A program made the position numbers and the translations under genes. The notes beneath the pieces are model-generated. The model was not told the origin of the DNA. It made no database searches and saw nothing but the letters and a program-made list of their open reading frames with translations. DNA of 63,999 nucleotides, the filler included, from a bacterium (GTDB lineage Bacteria > JALSQH01): assembly GCA_027004335.1 (NCBI GenBank). It is 16 parts of 16 records of this genome, joined end to end, with 100 filler letters (N's around TTAATTAATTAA, not from the genome) between each part and the next. Parts side by side here need not be neighbours in the genome. Positions count along the whole stretch, not along the records: positions 9,246 to 12,212 come from JALTID010000168.1; positions 12,313 to 21,045 come from JALTID010000169.1; 14 more parts are not named here. The stretch is one strand, 5' to 3'. Positions 10,382 through 19,598 of the stretch are shown here, one piece after another (within the stretch, counting starts at the first letter, position 1; each line of letters starts with the position of its first letter).

Positions 10382-11429
10382 TTTTTATTTCCACTCTTAC
10401 ATTAAGGTTAATGATTTCTTTTCCTTTTTTTAACTTAATCGGTATGGTAAGTAGATTATTTTCAATAGTTGGGAGTGCTTCAATAATTTGAAAATTGTCT
10501 GCGGTTTCTTCATTGTTTTCCTCTGCAAGTAATTTTTCCACTTCCATTAAGGTCTTGTCAATATCTTTTTCAGGTACGATCTCATCTACTGATGTTTGTT
10601 CATCAGGCTCTTTCTCAAGCTCTACTTCAAGTTCTTCTTCTAACTCTTCTAATTCACCTGCTAATTCATCAGTAGATTTTGTAATTTCCTCAAGCTCTTC
10701 CTCTTTAATCTTAAGTTTTCCTCCATCTGAGAGAGAAAAAGATTTTTTAAGCTTTTCCCCTGTATTTTCCTTATTCTCAGGAGATTCAGTTTTTTCTATT
10801 GAGGCTTTTGCTACTTCAAGAGGAGTCTCATTTGCAAGAATGTCGGGAGAAGCTTTGATTCTATGAATTACCATTTTTATTATTGCTGATAGTGTTTCAA
10901 GAACGCTTGTACCATTGATGGCAATTGCTTCAAAGTAGGGTAATTTTCCTGGATTCAACTCTTTTTCCAAAGCTTCAATTGAAATAGCATCGGAAAGGTC
11001 TCTTTTGTTGTACTGCATAACAATTGGTATATCTGTAATTTTTACATTATAAGATTTTAAGTTTTCTTCAAGATTCTTGAGGCTTTCCCTATTTTCATCA
11101 AGCATGGAAGGTGAGGAATCAGCAACGAATATTATTCCATCAGCGCCCTTAAGTAGAAGTTTCCTCGTAGAATTATAAAAAACCTGCCCGGGCACAGTGT
11201 AAATTTGAAATTTTGTCTTGTATCCCTTTATTTCTCCAAAATCAACTGGAAGGAAATCAAAAAAAAGAGTACGGTCTGTCTGGGTAGCAAGAGTAATAAG
11301 CTTCCCTCTATTCTCAGGTTTTATTTTGGAATAGATAACCTTAAGGTTGGTTGTTTTCCCTGAGAGTCCTGGCCCATAGTAAACAATCTTTGCTGTAATT
11401 ACCCGTGCCTCATAGTTTATTATTGTCAC
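10353..11429 (-). CDS. mglA: MglA-family small GTPase with a long acidic C-terminal extension
   Basis: KIVYYGPGLSGKTTN, DRTLFFDFLP, YTVPGQVFY, YNKRDL. Confidence 0.88.
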   Translation of the reverse strand: MTIINYEARVITAKIVYYGPGLSGKTTNLKVIYSKIKPENRGKLITLATQTDRTLFFDFLPVDFGEIKGYKTKFQIYTVPGQVFYNSTRKLLLKGADGIIFVADSSPSMLDENRESLKNLEENLKSYNVKITDIPIVMQYNKRDLSDAISIEALEKELNPGKLPYFEAIAINGTSVLETLSAIIKMVIHRIKASPDILANETPLEVAKASIEKTESPENKENTGEKLKKSFSLSDGGKLKIKEEELEEITKSTDELAGELEELEEELEVELEKEPDEQTSVDEIVPEKDIDKTLMEVEKLLAEENNEETADNFQIIEALPTIENNLLTIPIKLKKGKEIINLNVRVEIKNESSSGDNQ

Positions 11430-11441
11430 AGTGGCTTCCTC

Positions 11442-12212
11442 TTATTTTCGCCTCATTTCATGAACATTGATTATTCTCTTGGCAGCTCTTGCAACGAAAC
11501 CTGAAACATTTTTATCTTTTGCGACCTTTCTTATATCGTTTTCTTTAAGAGTGTTCAAAAATCTTAGCGCCATACTTGGGGGCGTTTTGGGATTGGTAGC
11601 AAGAGCAAAACGCACCTGGTAGTCCTTTAGCCATTGCCTGTTCTTTGCAATTGTCTTGATTACTTCATCTCTTACATTTTTTGATTGTGCAAGTGATCTT
11701 ACCTCCTGCATTGTGATTTTAGGACTCTGCAGAACTGAAAGAACCACTATTTTATTTGAATCCTTAATTAGGATATCTCTTGCCTCTTTGTTACCCAGTA
11801 GGGCTAGCTTTATTTTTTCTGCTACACTCATTTTATTTATCTGCTTGTAAAGACTATCAAGCTCCTTCTCCTTACTTTCTTCCCCCTCCTCCTCCTTTTC
11901 TATGATAAGATCTTCCGGGATTTCTATTTTAATCTCTTCTTCCTGCGATTCTTCTGCTTCATGCTTAATTTTTGAAAAAATTTCATCAAGTTCAGACTCT
12001 TTCGTTTCTCTTACTTCTTGTTCTTCTGAAATAACCTCCCTGGGGATGGTGGTAATTTTTTCCTTGATCTCTTCTTCACTTGCTACTCCTGCCTCAAGTA
12101 GTACTTTGGCTGCAAAATTTCTTGTAAAGAATTCTTCTACTCTGTTTCTTGCAACAAGTGAGAGACTGGGATTAGAAAGAAGTTTTTCAGCAATTCTCGG
12201 ATCCTTTAACAT
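11442..12212 (-). CDS. conserved hypothetical helical-repeat protein (5' truncated)
   Basis: KIKLALLGNKEARDILIKDSNKIV..NPKTP pattern, recalled from deltaproteobacterial hypothetical proteins. Confidence 0.65.
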   Translation of the reverse strand: MLKDPRIAEKLLSNPSLSLVARNRVEEFFTRNFAAKVLLEAGVASEEEIKEKITTIPREVISEEQEVRETKESELDEIFSKIKHEAEESQEEEIKIEIPEDLIIEKEEEGEESKEKELDSLYKQINKMSVAEKIKLALLGNKEARDILIKDSNKIVVLSVLQSPKITMQEVRSLAQSKNVRDEVIKTIAKNRQWLKDYQVRFALATNPKTPPSMALRFLNTLKENDIRKVAKDKNVSGFVARAAKRIINVHEMRRK

Positions 12213-12344
12213 NNNNNNNNNNNNNNNNNNNNNNNNNNNNNNNNNNNNNNNNNNNNTTAATTAATTAANNNNNNNNNNNNNNNNNNNNNNNNNNNNNNNN
12301 NNNNNNNNNNNNATTTTAGATGGGGAAAAGTGTTGGTAAGATGA

Positions 12345-12608
12345 TTGTTGAAGAAAGGCGAAGAATTGAAAAAGAAATACTATGTGAGTAAAATAGGGAT
12401 ATTTGGTTCTTATGCCCGTGGAGAGGCAGGAGAGAACAGCGATATTGATATTCTTGTTGAATTTGAAAAGCCTATTGGTTTTTTTAAATTTCTTGAACTT
12501 GAAGAATACTTAAGTGACCTTCTGGAAATAAAAGTAGATATTGTTTCCAAAAAAGCTTTAAAACCACATATTGGGAAAAATATACTAAAAGAAGTTGTCA
12601 GAATATGA
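12345..12608 (+). CDS. minimal nucleotidyltransferase (MNT/MntA-type antitoxin); start uncertain
   Basis: IFGSYARGE....SDIDILVEF (GS-x10-DxD). Confidence 0.9.
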   Translation: MLKKGEELKKKYYVSKIGIFGSYARGEAGENSDIDILVEFEKPIGFFKFLELEEYLSDLLEIKVDIVSKKALKPHIGKNILKEVVRI

Positions 12609-12942
12609 CGAGGACTTATAAGATTATTTAATGGACCTTTTACAGTCAATCGAAGAAATATATGAATTTATAGGTAATATGAGTTTTGATGAGTTTTTAA
12701 TGGATAAAAAAACACAAAATGCAGTAATCAGGAGTCTTGAATTTATAGGTGAAGCGGCCAAAAAGATTCCAGTAGAAATTAAAGATAAATATTCTGATAT
12801 TCCATGGAGATATATGGCAGGTATGAGAGACAAATTAATTCATGAATACCATGGAGTTGATCTTTCAATAGTCTGGCAGGTTATAAGAGAAGAGATACCT
12901 GTGATAAAACCTGTTATTGAAAAATTAGAAAAGGAATTGTAA
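12605..12942 (+). CDS. HepT/DUF86 HEPN ribonuclease toxin; apparent 1-nt frameshift near 12620, intact ORF from ATG 12631
   Basis: AVIRSLEFIGEAAK, IPW..MAGMRDKLIHEY (R-x4-H-x-Y); ATG 12605 overlaps the MNT stop. Confidence 0.88.
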
Positions 12943-12996
12943 TAATTTTTTCCTCTCTGGACCACTGACAGGATTTTGCCTGGTTGAGGAATCAGC

Positions 12997-13025
12997 CTGA
13001 CATACTGATTAATGTGATGTATAAT
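12997..13025 (+). promoter_or_regulatory. sigma-70-type promoter CTGACA-N17-TATAAT for asnB
   Basis: Near-consensus hexamers with a 17-nt spacer. Confidence 0.55.
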
Positions 13026-13088
13026 AAAGGAAAATTTTTACACTACTGGCAAAAGCAGTGGAAGTATCTGCTAAGAGTGAGGAAGTAG

Positions 13089-14921
13089 ATGTGTGGAATA
13101 AATGGATTTAACTGGAGAGATCCTGGAAAAATTGAAGAGATGAATCGGGCAGTTTTCCACAGAGGCCCTGATGATTCAGGAACTTATGTAGATAAAAATG
13201 TTTCTCTGGGGCATCAGAGGCTTTCAATAATTGATCTTTCTGAAAAAGCTCATCAGCCCATGATGGATGAAAGCGGAAGGTATGTGATTGTTTATAATGG
13301 AGAAATTTACAATTTCCACGAAATAAAGAAAGAGCTTGTAAAAAGAGGATTCAATTTTTTTTCCACTTCTGATACTGAGGTGGTTCTTAAGTCTTATATT
13401 AGATGGGGAAATGAGTGTGTGAAATTTTTTAACGGTATGTGGGCCTTTGCAATATATGATAAAAAAGAAAGAAAAATTTTTCTGAGCAGGGATAGATTCG
13501 GTATCAAGCCACTTTACTATTTTAAAGAGAGGGGAAAATTTATTTTCAGTTCTGAGATCAAAGGGATTCTTGTTCATGATTTTGTCACGAGAAGAGTGGA
13601 TGAAAGGACACTTTTTAATTATTTATTTCTGGGGATTTCAGACTGGGATGATAGAACTTTTTTCGCTGGAGTAAAAAGATTAACAGCGGGCTCAAACGCA
13701 ATCTATGATGTTACTTCAGGAGAATTATCAGTAGAAAGGTATTACAGATTGGAAGAGAATATAAGATCTTATTCGGGCAAAAACCCGGAAGAGGATTTTT
13801 TTGAAATTTTTAAAGATGCAGTAAGTAAGAGGCTCATCGCTGATGTTAAAGTGGGTTCATGTTTGAGTGGAGGTCTTGATAGTACCTCAATAGTTTGTAC
13901 CATGCGCTATTTTGATGATAAGAGGGAGATCCCTGCCTATTCTCTTGTCTTTCCGGGGTACGCAAAGGATGAAAGCAGATTTCAGGAAGAGGTGGAGAAA
14001 CAGTGCAGAGTTAAAAGAAAAACCACCACCTTCGGGATCCCTGACATCCTGCGGGATCTTGATGATCTTATTGCCACTCAGGAGGAGCCTTTTCCCACAT
14101 TATCAATTTATGGTCAGTACAGGGTGATGAAACTTGCTCACGAAGATGGTGCCAAAGTGTTGCTTGATGGTCAGGGAAGTGACGAGCTTTTAGGAGGATA
14201 TTTCTGGCTCTACAGTTACTACTTGAAGGAACTTCTTTTAAAAGGTGATTTTTTAAAATTCATAAAGGAGCTGAATTCTTTTAAGAAAATTCACAATTCA
14301 CTGAGATCACTGAGAGGTTTCCCGGTAACTCTCTTTCCACAAAAGTTACTTTTTAGTGTTTATACAAGGAATGAAACACCTTTTCTAAGTGGTGACTTTA
14401 TAGATTCTCACATTGATTTTCTTCCCCCTCTAAAGTGGAGGAAAAAAAGTTTTAAAGAGATAAGCCTCTATGCGGAAACGGTAAGTTCACTTCCAGTACT
14501 CTTGAGATTTGAGGATAGAAATTCTATGAGATGGGCGGTAGAGAGCAGAGTACCTTTTGTGGATCATAGATTGGCAGAGCTTATTCTTTCTCTTCCACCG
14601 GAAGAAATTCTATTCGGGGGGGTAACCAAGAAAATTTTGAGGAAGAGTATGAAAGGCATAATTCCTGAGGAAATAAGACTAAGGTCCGATAAAGTGGGGT
14701 TTGAAGCTCCTGATAAAGAACTTCTCAAGACAGAGAAAGGGAAGGAAATTCTAACGGAAATTACAAACGACAGGGAGTTCCAGCAGCATCTCTTCTGGAA
14801 CCATGAAAAAATTAAAGAGGCAGCAAATAAAATTATTGAGGATAAATCAGATGCTCCTGAATATATCTGGAAGATCATCCTTGTAGAGTTGTGGCTTAAA
14901 AAGTTTAAGATGATTGTTTGA
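13089..14921 (+). CDS. asnB: asparagine synthase (glutamine-hydrolyzing) family amidotransferase
   Basis: MCGI N-terminal nucleophile, HRGPD, RLSIIDL, NGEIYN, SGGLDS, GQGSDE, ESRVPF. Confidence 0.93.
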   Translation: MCGINGFNWRDPGKIEEMNRAVFHRGPDDSGTYVDKNVSLGHQRLSIIDLSEKAHQPMMDESGRYVIVYNGEIYNFHEIKKELVKRGFNFFSTSDTEVVLKSYIRWGNECVKFFNGMWAFAIYDKKERKIFLSRDRFGIKPLYYFKERGKFIFSSEIKGILVHDFVTRRVDERTLFNYLFLGISDWDDRTFFAGVKRLTAGSNAIYDVTSGELSVERYYRLEENIRSYSGKNPEEDFFEIFKDAVSKRLIADVKVGSCLSGGLDSTSIVCTMRYFDDKREIPAYSLVFPGYAKDESRFQEEVEKQCRVKRKTTTFGIPDILRDLDDLIATQEEPFPTLSIYGQYRVMKLAHEDGAKVLLDGQGSDELLGGYFWLYSYYLKELLLKGDFLKFIKELNSFKKIHNSLRSLRGFPVTLFPQKLLFSVYTRNETPFLSGDFIDSHIDFLPPLKWRKKSFKEISLYAETVSSLPVLLRFEDRNSMRWAVESRVPFVDHRLAELILSLPPEEILFGGVTKKILRKSMKGIIPEEIRLRSDKVGFEAPDKELLKTEKGKEILTEITNDREFQQHLFWNHEKIKEAANKIIEDKSDAPEYIWKIILVELWLKKFKMIV

Positions 14922-14950
14922 AAAAGGAGGGGTGGAGGGTCTCCACCCTC
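14921..14950 (-). terminator. intrinsic terminator hairpin between convergent asnB and lipoprotein genes
   Basis: GGGTGGAG-GGT-CTCCACCC stem; T-run follows on the minus strand. Confidence 0.6.
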
Positions 14951-14979
14951 TGGGCGCGAGAAGGAGATAAAATTTCAGT

Positions 14980-16506
14980 CTATTTTCTCGGTCCGCCACT
15001 GGCAATGATCTTGAATTGCCTGTCGGGGGTAATCTTGAACATTACTCCTGTATTTTTACCATTTCTATGACTGGTTATTCTTCCTCTGGCACTTTTGTCA
15101 GGGTAGAAATAGATTACACCTTCTTCATCTGGATTCTCAGGTGTAGACAGGATATCCTTCTGGTACTCCAGTTTAGCGGATTTATCAATAAAGATGGTTA
15201 GCACGAATTTGACACTGATCCCCTTTTCTCTGTTTGTTGCAGAACCACTAGTTACGAACTGGAACCTTGACCAATGCTGGATTAGAATCCCTTTCCATCC
15301 ATCACTTCTTTCAAAATTGAGGGTTCTGACATGTTTTTCCATATCAAGGATTATGGTTGCTGTAAATGTTCTTACTGTACCATCTCTGAAGGTGACAACT
15401 CTCTTGATGTACCCATGTCCACCATTAAATTTTGCCATCTGGCCTTCAACTCTTATAGAGACAACAGGAGAGGAATCGGGGAATGAGTAGTTTGCTTTGA
15501 AGGTCCCATCTGTTACAGCTAAATATCCTGATGCAGTTACTCCTTTTCTGCCCTCTTTTTGAAATTCCACCTTATTATCAGATTTGTGCCATATTTCTGT
15601 TGCAACAGAGCCGTCTTTGAAGGTTATTACCTTGTAAGCTTCTACTTCTGAATACCTTGCACTCTCTACGGGAATATATTTCTCTCCATCTGGCAGATCA
15701 GTGGTGAGTGTAACTACCTCTGTGTAATCTTTAAGATCAATATCAGGGTTTCCCCAGTGTGATAGAGTCTTCACCTCTACTTTTCCAGAGACGAACCCAT
15801 TTTTTGTTGGAGGTGTTGCTGTAATAGAGTAAAATGCATAACCTCCATTTTTAAAGTAAAGTTTTGAGACAGCTTCTCTAATTAGATTGTCAGAAACATT
15901 ATAACGATCTTCTCCTTGATTTACATAAGCTTTAGTAACCTGATAATTTCTTTCATCCTCTTCAGGGAAGTATTTTGTTTCATTGTAGATTACCCAGCCT
16001 GTGAGAAGATTTTTATCTCCCGGATATGCTGGATCCTCTATAAGAGTTACCACGCTTGTAGCCCCATCGTTGTAAGTTACATTTTCTTCAAAAGAGTAGA
16101 TTATGTCGTCATCCGGTGTGTTGTAAGCCCCGAAATCAATCTCAAATGTTACCTTTATTTCTTTGATGGGAGAATCCGGTGGGAACTCTGTATGGGTGTA
16201 TGTACATTCGTGGGTACCGGCTTCCCCGTAGGCAGGCTTACAGGTTAACCTCGGTATGTTATTGCTCAGGGGTGCAAAGATGCCATTTGAAGAGGGAAGC
16301 TGGAGATTGGACTGGGTATCTGCTAAACTTGCCAGATTGTTTCCGCTCATTTCATCAAAATCGGCTAATTGAGATGATACATCATTAACTGATTGTGAAA
16401 GTGAGATAGCTGGATCCTCTGATGAGGATTTGTTTACCTGTTTCTGTGCGCAACTAACAATAAGTAGAAGCGCAACTGTTGCGATTATGCCAATTATTTT
16501 TTTCAT
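14980..16506 (-). CDS. large (508 aa) beta-rich hypothetical lipoprotein
   Basis: MKK, hydrophobic stretch, IVS-C lipobox; SD AAGGAGGTG; long ORF with no recognised domain. Confidence 0.8.
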   Translation of the reverse strand: MKKIIGIIATVALLLIVSCAQKQVNKSSSEDPAISLSQSVNDVSSQLADFDEMSGNNLASLADTQSNLQLPSSNGIFAPLSNNIPRLTCKPAYGEAGTHECTYTHTEFPPDSPIKEIKVTFEIDFGAYNTPDDDIIYSFEENVTYNDGATSVVTLIEDPAYPGDKNLLTGWVIYNETKYFPEEDERNYQVTKAYVNQGEDRYNVSDNLIREAVSKLYFKNGGYAFYSITATPPTKNGFVSGKVEVKTLSHWGNPDIDLKDYTEVVTLTTDLPDGEKYIPVESARYSEVEAYKVITFKDGSVATEIWHKSDNKVEFQKEGRKGVTASGYLAVTDGTFKANYSFPDSSPVVSIRVEGQMAKFNGGHGYIKRVVTFRDGTVRTFTATIILDMEKHVRTLNFERSDGWKGILIQHWSRFQFVTSGSATNREKGISVKFVLTIFIDKSAKLEYQKDILSTPENPDEEGVIYFYPDKSARGRITSHRNGKNTGVMFKITPDRQFKIIASGGPRK

Positions 16507-16539
16507 TGTTCACCTCCTTCTTGCTCGTATTCAATAAAA

Positions 16540-16555
16540 ACAAAAAATGTGCCAA
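16540..16555 (-). promoter_or_regulatory. putative sigma-54 (-24/-12) promoter TTGGCAC-ATTTT-TTGT
   Basis: Perfect -24 TGGCAC and GG-N10-G spacing; -12 is GT instead of GC; 33 nt upstream of the lipoprotein ATG. Confidence 0.55.
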
Positions 16556-16620
16556 ACACCAGTTATGAAGACTCTGACATCGGATTCTTTGTTTGAAATG
16601 TATATTGTGGTATAATTTTA

Positions 16621-18231
16621 ATGATGAATGATTATAAAATAGGAACAACATTAAGACAAGTTCAGAGCCTTCAATTAAAACAAAATCTTACTTTAACTAC
16701 ACAGCAGATTATAACCTCTCAGATTCTCGCTCTTCCTCTCCCCTTTGTTGATGATTTTATTGCTTCTTATGCAGAGGAGAATGTTTTCCTCCAGCCTTCT
16801 GATGGGGAGAACAAAGTTGAATCGGAGAAATTGAGAAAAGAAGATATTGAGGAATTATTGAGAAATATTGACAGGACTAAAAGAGATGGCTCATTTTATA
16901 CTTCTTCTGAGGATAAAGAAGAGTTTGATTTTCTTTCAAATATCAATCTTGAAATGACTCTCCAGGAGCATCTACTTCAGCAATTAGAATTGGCGGTAGA
17001 TGATAAGAGGAAGAAGGAGATAGGGATATGGATAATTACAAGTATGGATAGTGCAGGTTATATACTTGATAAGAAGATAGAAAAAATAATTTCTTATACT
17101 GATCTTGTTCAGGGAAAAAATAAACAGGTGAAAAATAGGATTGATGCAAATCCATGGCAGGAACTTAAAGAAGTTCTTGGAAGTCCTGAGGAAAGTGGAA
17201 TTTCTCCTCCGGTTACTCCTGAAGAAATTGAAGAAGTATTGAAAATAATTCAGAGTTTTGACCCGCCAGGAGTAGGTGCAAGAAGTTTGAAGGAGTCTCT
17301 TTTAATTCAATTAAATCAGATGGACGATAAGCCGAGAGTAGATGGGGCCAAAGTTATCCTTGAGCAATTTTCTGAAGAAGAGCTTTCTTTCCTTATAGAG
17401 AAAAAAGAGTATGATAGAATCGCTTCTGTTGCGGGGATTTCTCATAATGAAGTGGAAAAATCTCTTGATGTGCTGCGAAAGCTTAACCCCTATCCTGGTT
17501 CATCATTCAGGTCTATTTCTGTTAGAAGTACTGTTTCCGGGATGGACAGGAACATAATTGTTCCAATTGCTGAGGTGAAGAAAGTTGAATATTCTAAAGT
17601 AGTTCATGGGGAGAAAAAGAAATATGTTGATCTTGACATAACTTATTTTGCAAAGTATGGCAGAAAAGTCAGAGTAAATGAGAAGCTGTGGAAAGAGATA
17701 AAGAAAAATTGGGATAATATCCCGGAGGAGAAAAAAGATCATATTAAGGAACTTTATGGGAGGGCTCAATCACTTCTCAAAATGGCAGGTTATGCAGAGA
17801 GTATTCTTGAAAGAGTAACAGAGGCGATAGTAGAAGCACAGAAAGAATTTTTTCTCACGGGTGATAAATTAAAGATGGTTTCCCTGACCCTTAATGATGT
17901 TGCATCCAGAGTTGAAGCAGATACTTCAGTCGTAAGCAGGGCTATAAAGGATAAATATCTTGCAACTCCATATGGCTTAATGAGTTATAAAGAGTTTTTC
18001 CCTAGAGGATTGAAGAAAACTGGTATGGCTTATGAAGAGAAAGTCCTTGTGAATAAAGTCCTTGAGGTAATTAAAGAGTTAATAAACAATGAAGCACCCT
18101 CATCTCCTTTAAGTGATGATCAGATAGCCACTATTTTACAAAAAAGGGGCTATCAGATTGCCCGTAGAACTGTGGCAAAGTACAGGCAGCAGTTGGGGAT
18201 CCCCAGCAGTTCAAAGAGAAGAAGAAGGTAG
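16621..18231 (+). CDS. rpoN: RNA polymerase sigma-54 factor (true start possibly ATG 16624)
   Basis: Q/L-rich region I, FDPPGVGARSLKESLLIQL, PLSDDQI, RpoN box ARRTVAKYR. Confidence 0.95.
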   Translation: MMNDYKIGTTLRQVQSLQLKQNLTLTTQQIITSQILALPLPFVDDFIASYAEENVFLQPSDGENKVESEKLRKEDIEELLRNIDRTKRDGSFYTSSEDKEEFDFLSNINLEMTLQEHLLQQLELAVDDKRKKEIGIWIITSMDSAGYILDKKIEKIISYTDLVQGKNKQVKNRIDANPWQELKEVLGSPEESGISPPVTPEEIEEVLKIIQSFDPPGVGARSLKESLLIQLNQMDDKPRVDGAKVILEQFSEEELSFLIEKKEYDRIASVAGISHNEVEKSLDVLRKLNPYPGSSFRSISVRSTVSGMDRNIIVPIAEVKKVEYSKVVHGEKKKYVDLDITYFAKYGRKVRVNEKLWKEIKKNWDNIPEEKKDHIKELYGRAQSLLKMAGYAESILERVTEAIVEAQKEFFLTGDKLKMVSLTLNDVASRVEADTSVVSRAIKDKYLATPYGLMSYKEFFPRGLKKTGMAYEEKVLVNKVLEVIKELINNEAPSSPLSDDQIATILQKRGYQIARRTVAKYRQQLGIPSSSKRRRR

Positions 18232-18234
18232 TTA

Positions 18235-18510
18235 TTATTCCATTTCTCTAACTTCTTCTGCGCCTTCTTCAAGTGCGTCTATCTGTTCTTTGTCCAGTCT
18301 CTTGAGAAGTTCTAAAAATTCTCCCACATGTTCTTTTTCTTCTCCTGCAATATCAAGAAAAACTTTTTTTACGAGCTTATCATGTGCAAATCCTGCAAGT
18401 TGTTCATAAAGATTAATCGCATCAAGTTCCGCAATAAGCCCGATTCTAACGAGTTCTTTGTCCCCAGAGTCTTTAACTTTTTCCCACTCAAAAGGTATTC
18501 TTGAGAGCAT
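18235..18510 (-). CDS. small ferritin-like protein (encapsulated-ferritin / Flp type)
   Basis: AELDAINLYEQ and EEKEHVGEF motifs. Confidence 0.85.
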   Translation of the reverse strand: MLSRIPFEWEKVKDSGDKELVRIGLIAELDAINLYEQLAGFAHDKLVKKVFLDIAGEEKEHVGEFLELLKRLDKEQIDALEEGAEEVREME

Positions 18511-18539
18511 GATTTTCCTCCTTCTTGAATTAAATTATA

Positions 18540-19598
18540 TTACCACTTCTTCTCCCAGATTTCATCGTGAAAATAGGGCCTGAATTTTTTTATCTTTTGA
18601 TTGAACCTGCTGGGAAATGTCCTGTTGCTCAGAAGTACCACACCTCTTCTTTTTTCCAGTTCGATCCAGATGGAACATCCAGTGTATCCCAGATGTCCTA
18701 TTGCTCCTCCTATTTTTCTCCCTCCCTGTGAGATTGGTTTTGAAGGTGTGTCCCATCCGGGCAGCCATGTGAAATCAGGAATTTTCATTTTAAGTATTTC
18801 TTTAAAAAGTGAAGTTGAGATTATGGTATCTGATTCAAAACTTTTTATCATCTTCTGCACAAAATCTGAGACACCTTTAAGAGAACCAAAGAGACCTGCA
18901 TGACCGGAAATCCCACCCATTAAGAAAGCGTGTTCATCATGTACCTCGCCCTGGATTGTTCCTCCACGGTAGGAGAGAATTTCAGCAGGAGGAATATTTC
19001 TTCTTTCTATTAAAGGAGGATTGTATTTTAAATTTCCCCATATTTCTGAAGCAGAGATTATTTCCTGTAAGTTCTTTCTCGTGAAAGTTTCAATGGCTTT
19101 CCCGAGAAGAATATACCCGAAATCACTGTATTCTGATTTTTTGCCCTGGGGGTAAGCAGGATTTTCTTTTAAAATAAAATCAATAAGCCTTTCCCCGCTA
19201 TCTGGTGATTGCTCTAAATTTCTCCCCTTTTTAATAAAGGAGAGGAAAAGAAATTTATAGCCTATAAGTCCTGAGGAGTGATTGAGGTAGTTTATCAGAG
19301 GAATTTCTCCCCATTGCGAATTAGAGGATCGGGGATAAAGTTCCCCGAGTTTGGTATGAAAGGAAATTTTTCCTTTTTCGATCATCTGAAAAAGAAGGGT
19401 CGCAATGACTAATGGCTTTGTCAGTGATGCCAGATCAAAGAGTGTTTCTTTTGTTATCGTCAGCGGTGGATAATCAGAATTTACGGTGGCAAGGTGGATC
19501 TTATCCGGGGTTATTACAGATGCTGCTGCAGCCGGGAAAACCCCTCTATTTTTACCTTCTTTCAGAAGCTTTTGGAGAAGAGGGGATGTTCTGTACAT
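18540..19598 (-). CDS. serine hydrolase, beta-lactamase family
   Basis: FDLASLTK (SxxK), YSDFGY, GEVHDE, GHAGLF, GHLGYTG. Confidence 0.9.
   Translation of the reverse strand: MYRTSPLLQKLLKEGKNRGVFPAAAASVITPDKIHLATVNSDYPPLTITKETLFDLASLTKPLVIATLLFQMIEKGKISFHTKLGELYPRSSNSQWGEIPLINYLNHSSGLIGYKFLFLSFIKKGRNLEQSPDSGERLIDFILKENPAYPQGKKSEYSDFGYILLGKAIETFTRKNLQEIISASEIWGNLKYNPPLIERRNIPPAEILSYRGGTIQGEVHDEHAFLMGGISGHAGLFGSLKGVSDFVQKMIKSFESDTIISTSLFKEILKMKIPDFTWLPGWDTPSKPISQGGRKIGGAIGHLGYTGCSIWIELEKRRGVVLLSNRTFPSRFNQKIKKFRPYFHDEIWEKKW

Noticed and set aside
13089-14921. AsnB-like protein as a lasso cyclase for the PqqD/kinase cassette
   Set aside because: It has an intact Cys-initiated glutaminase domain, sits on a different contig, and has no lasso peptidase or precursor nearby
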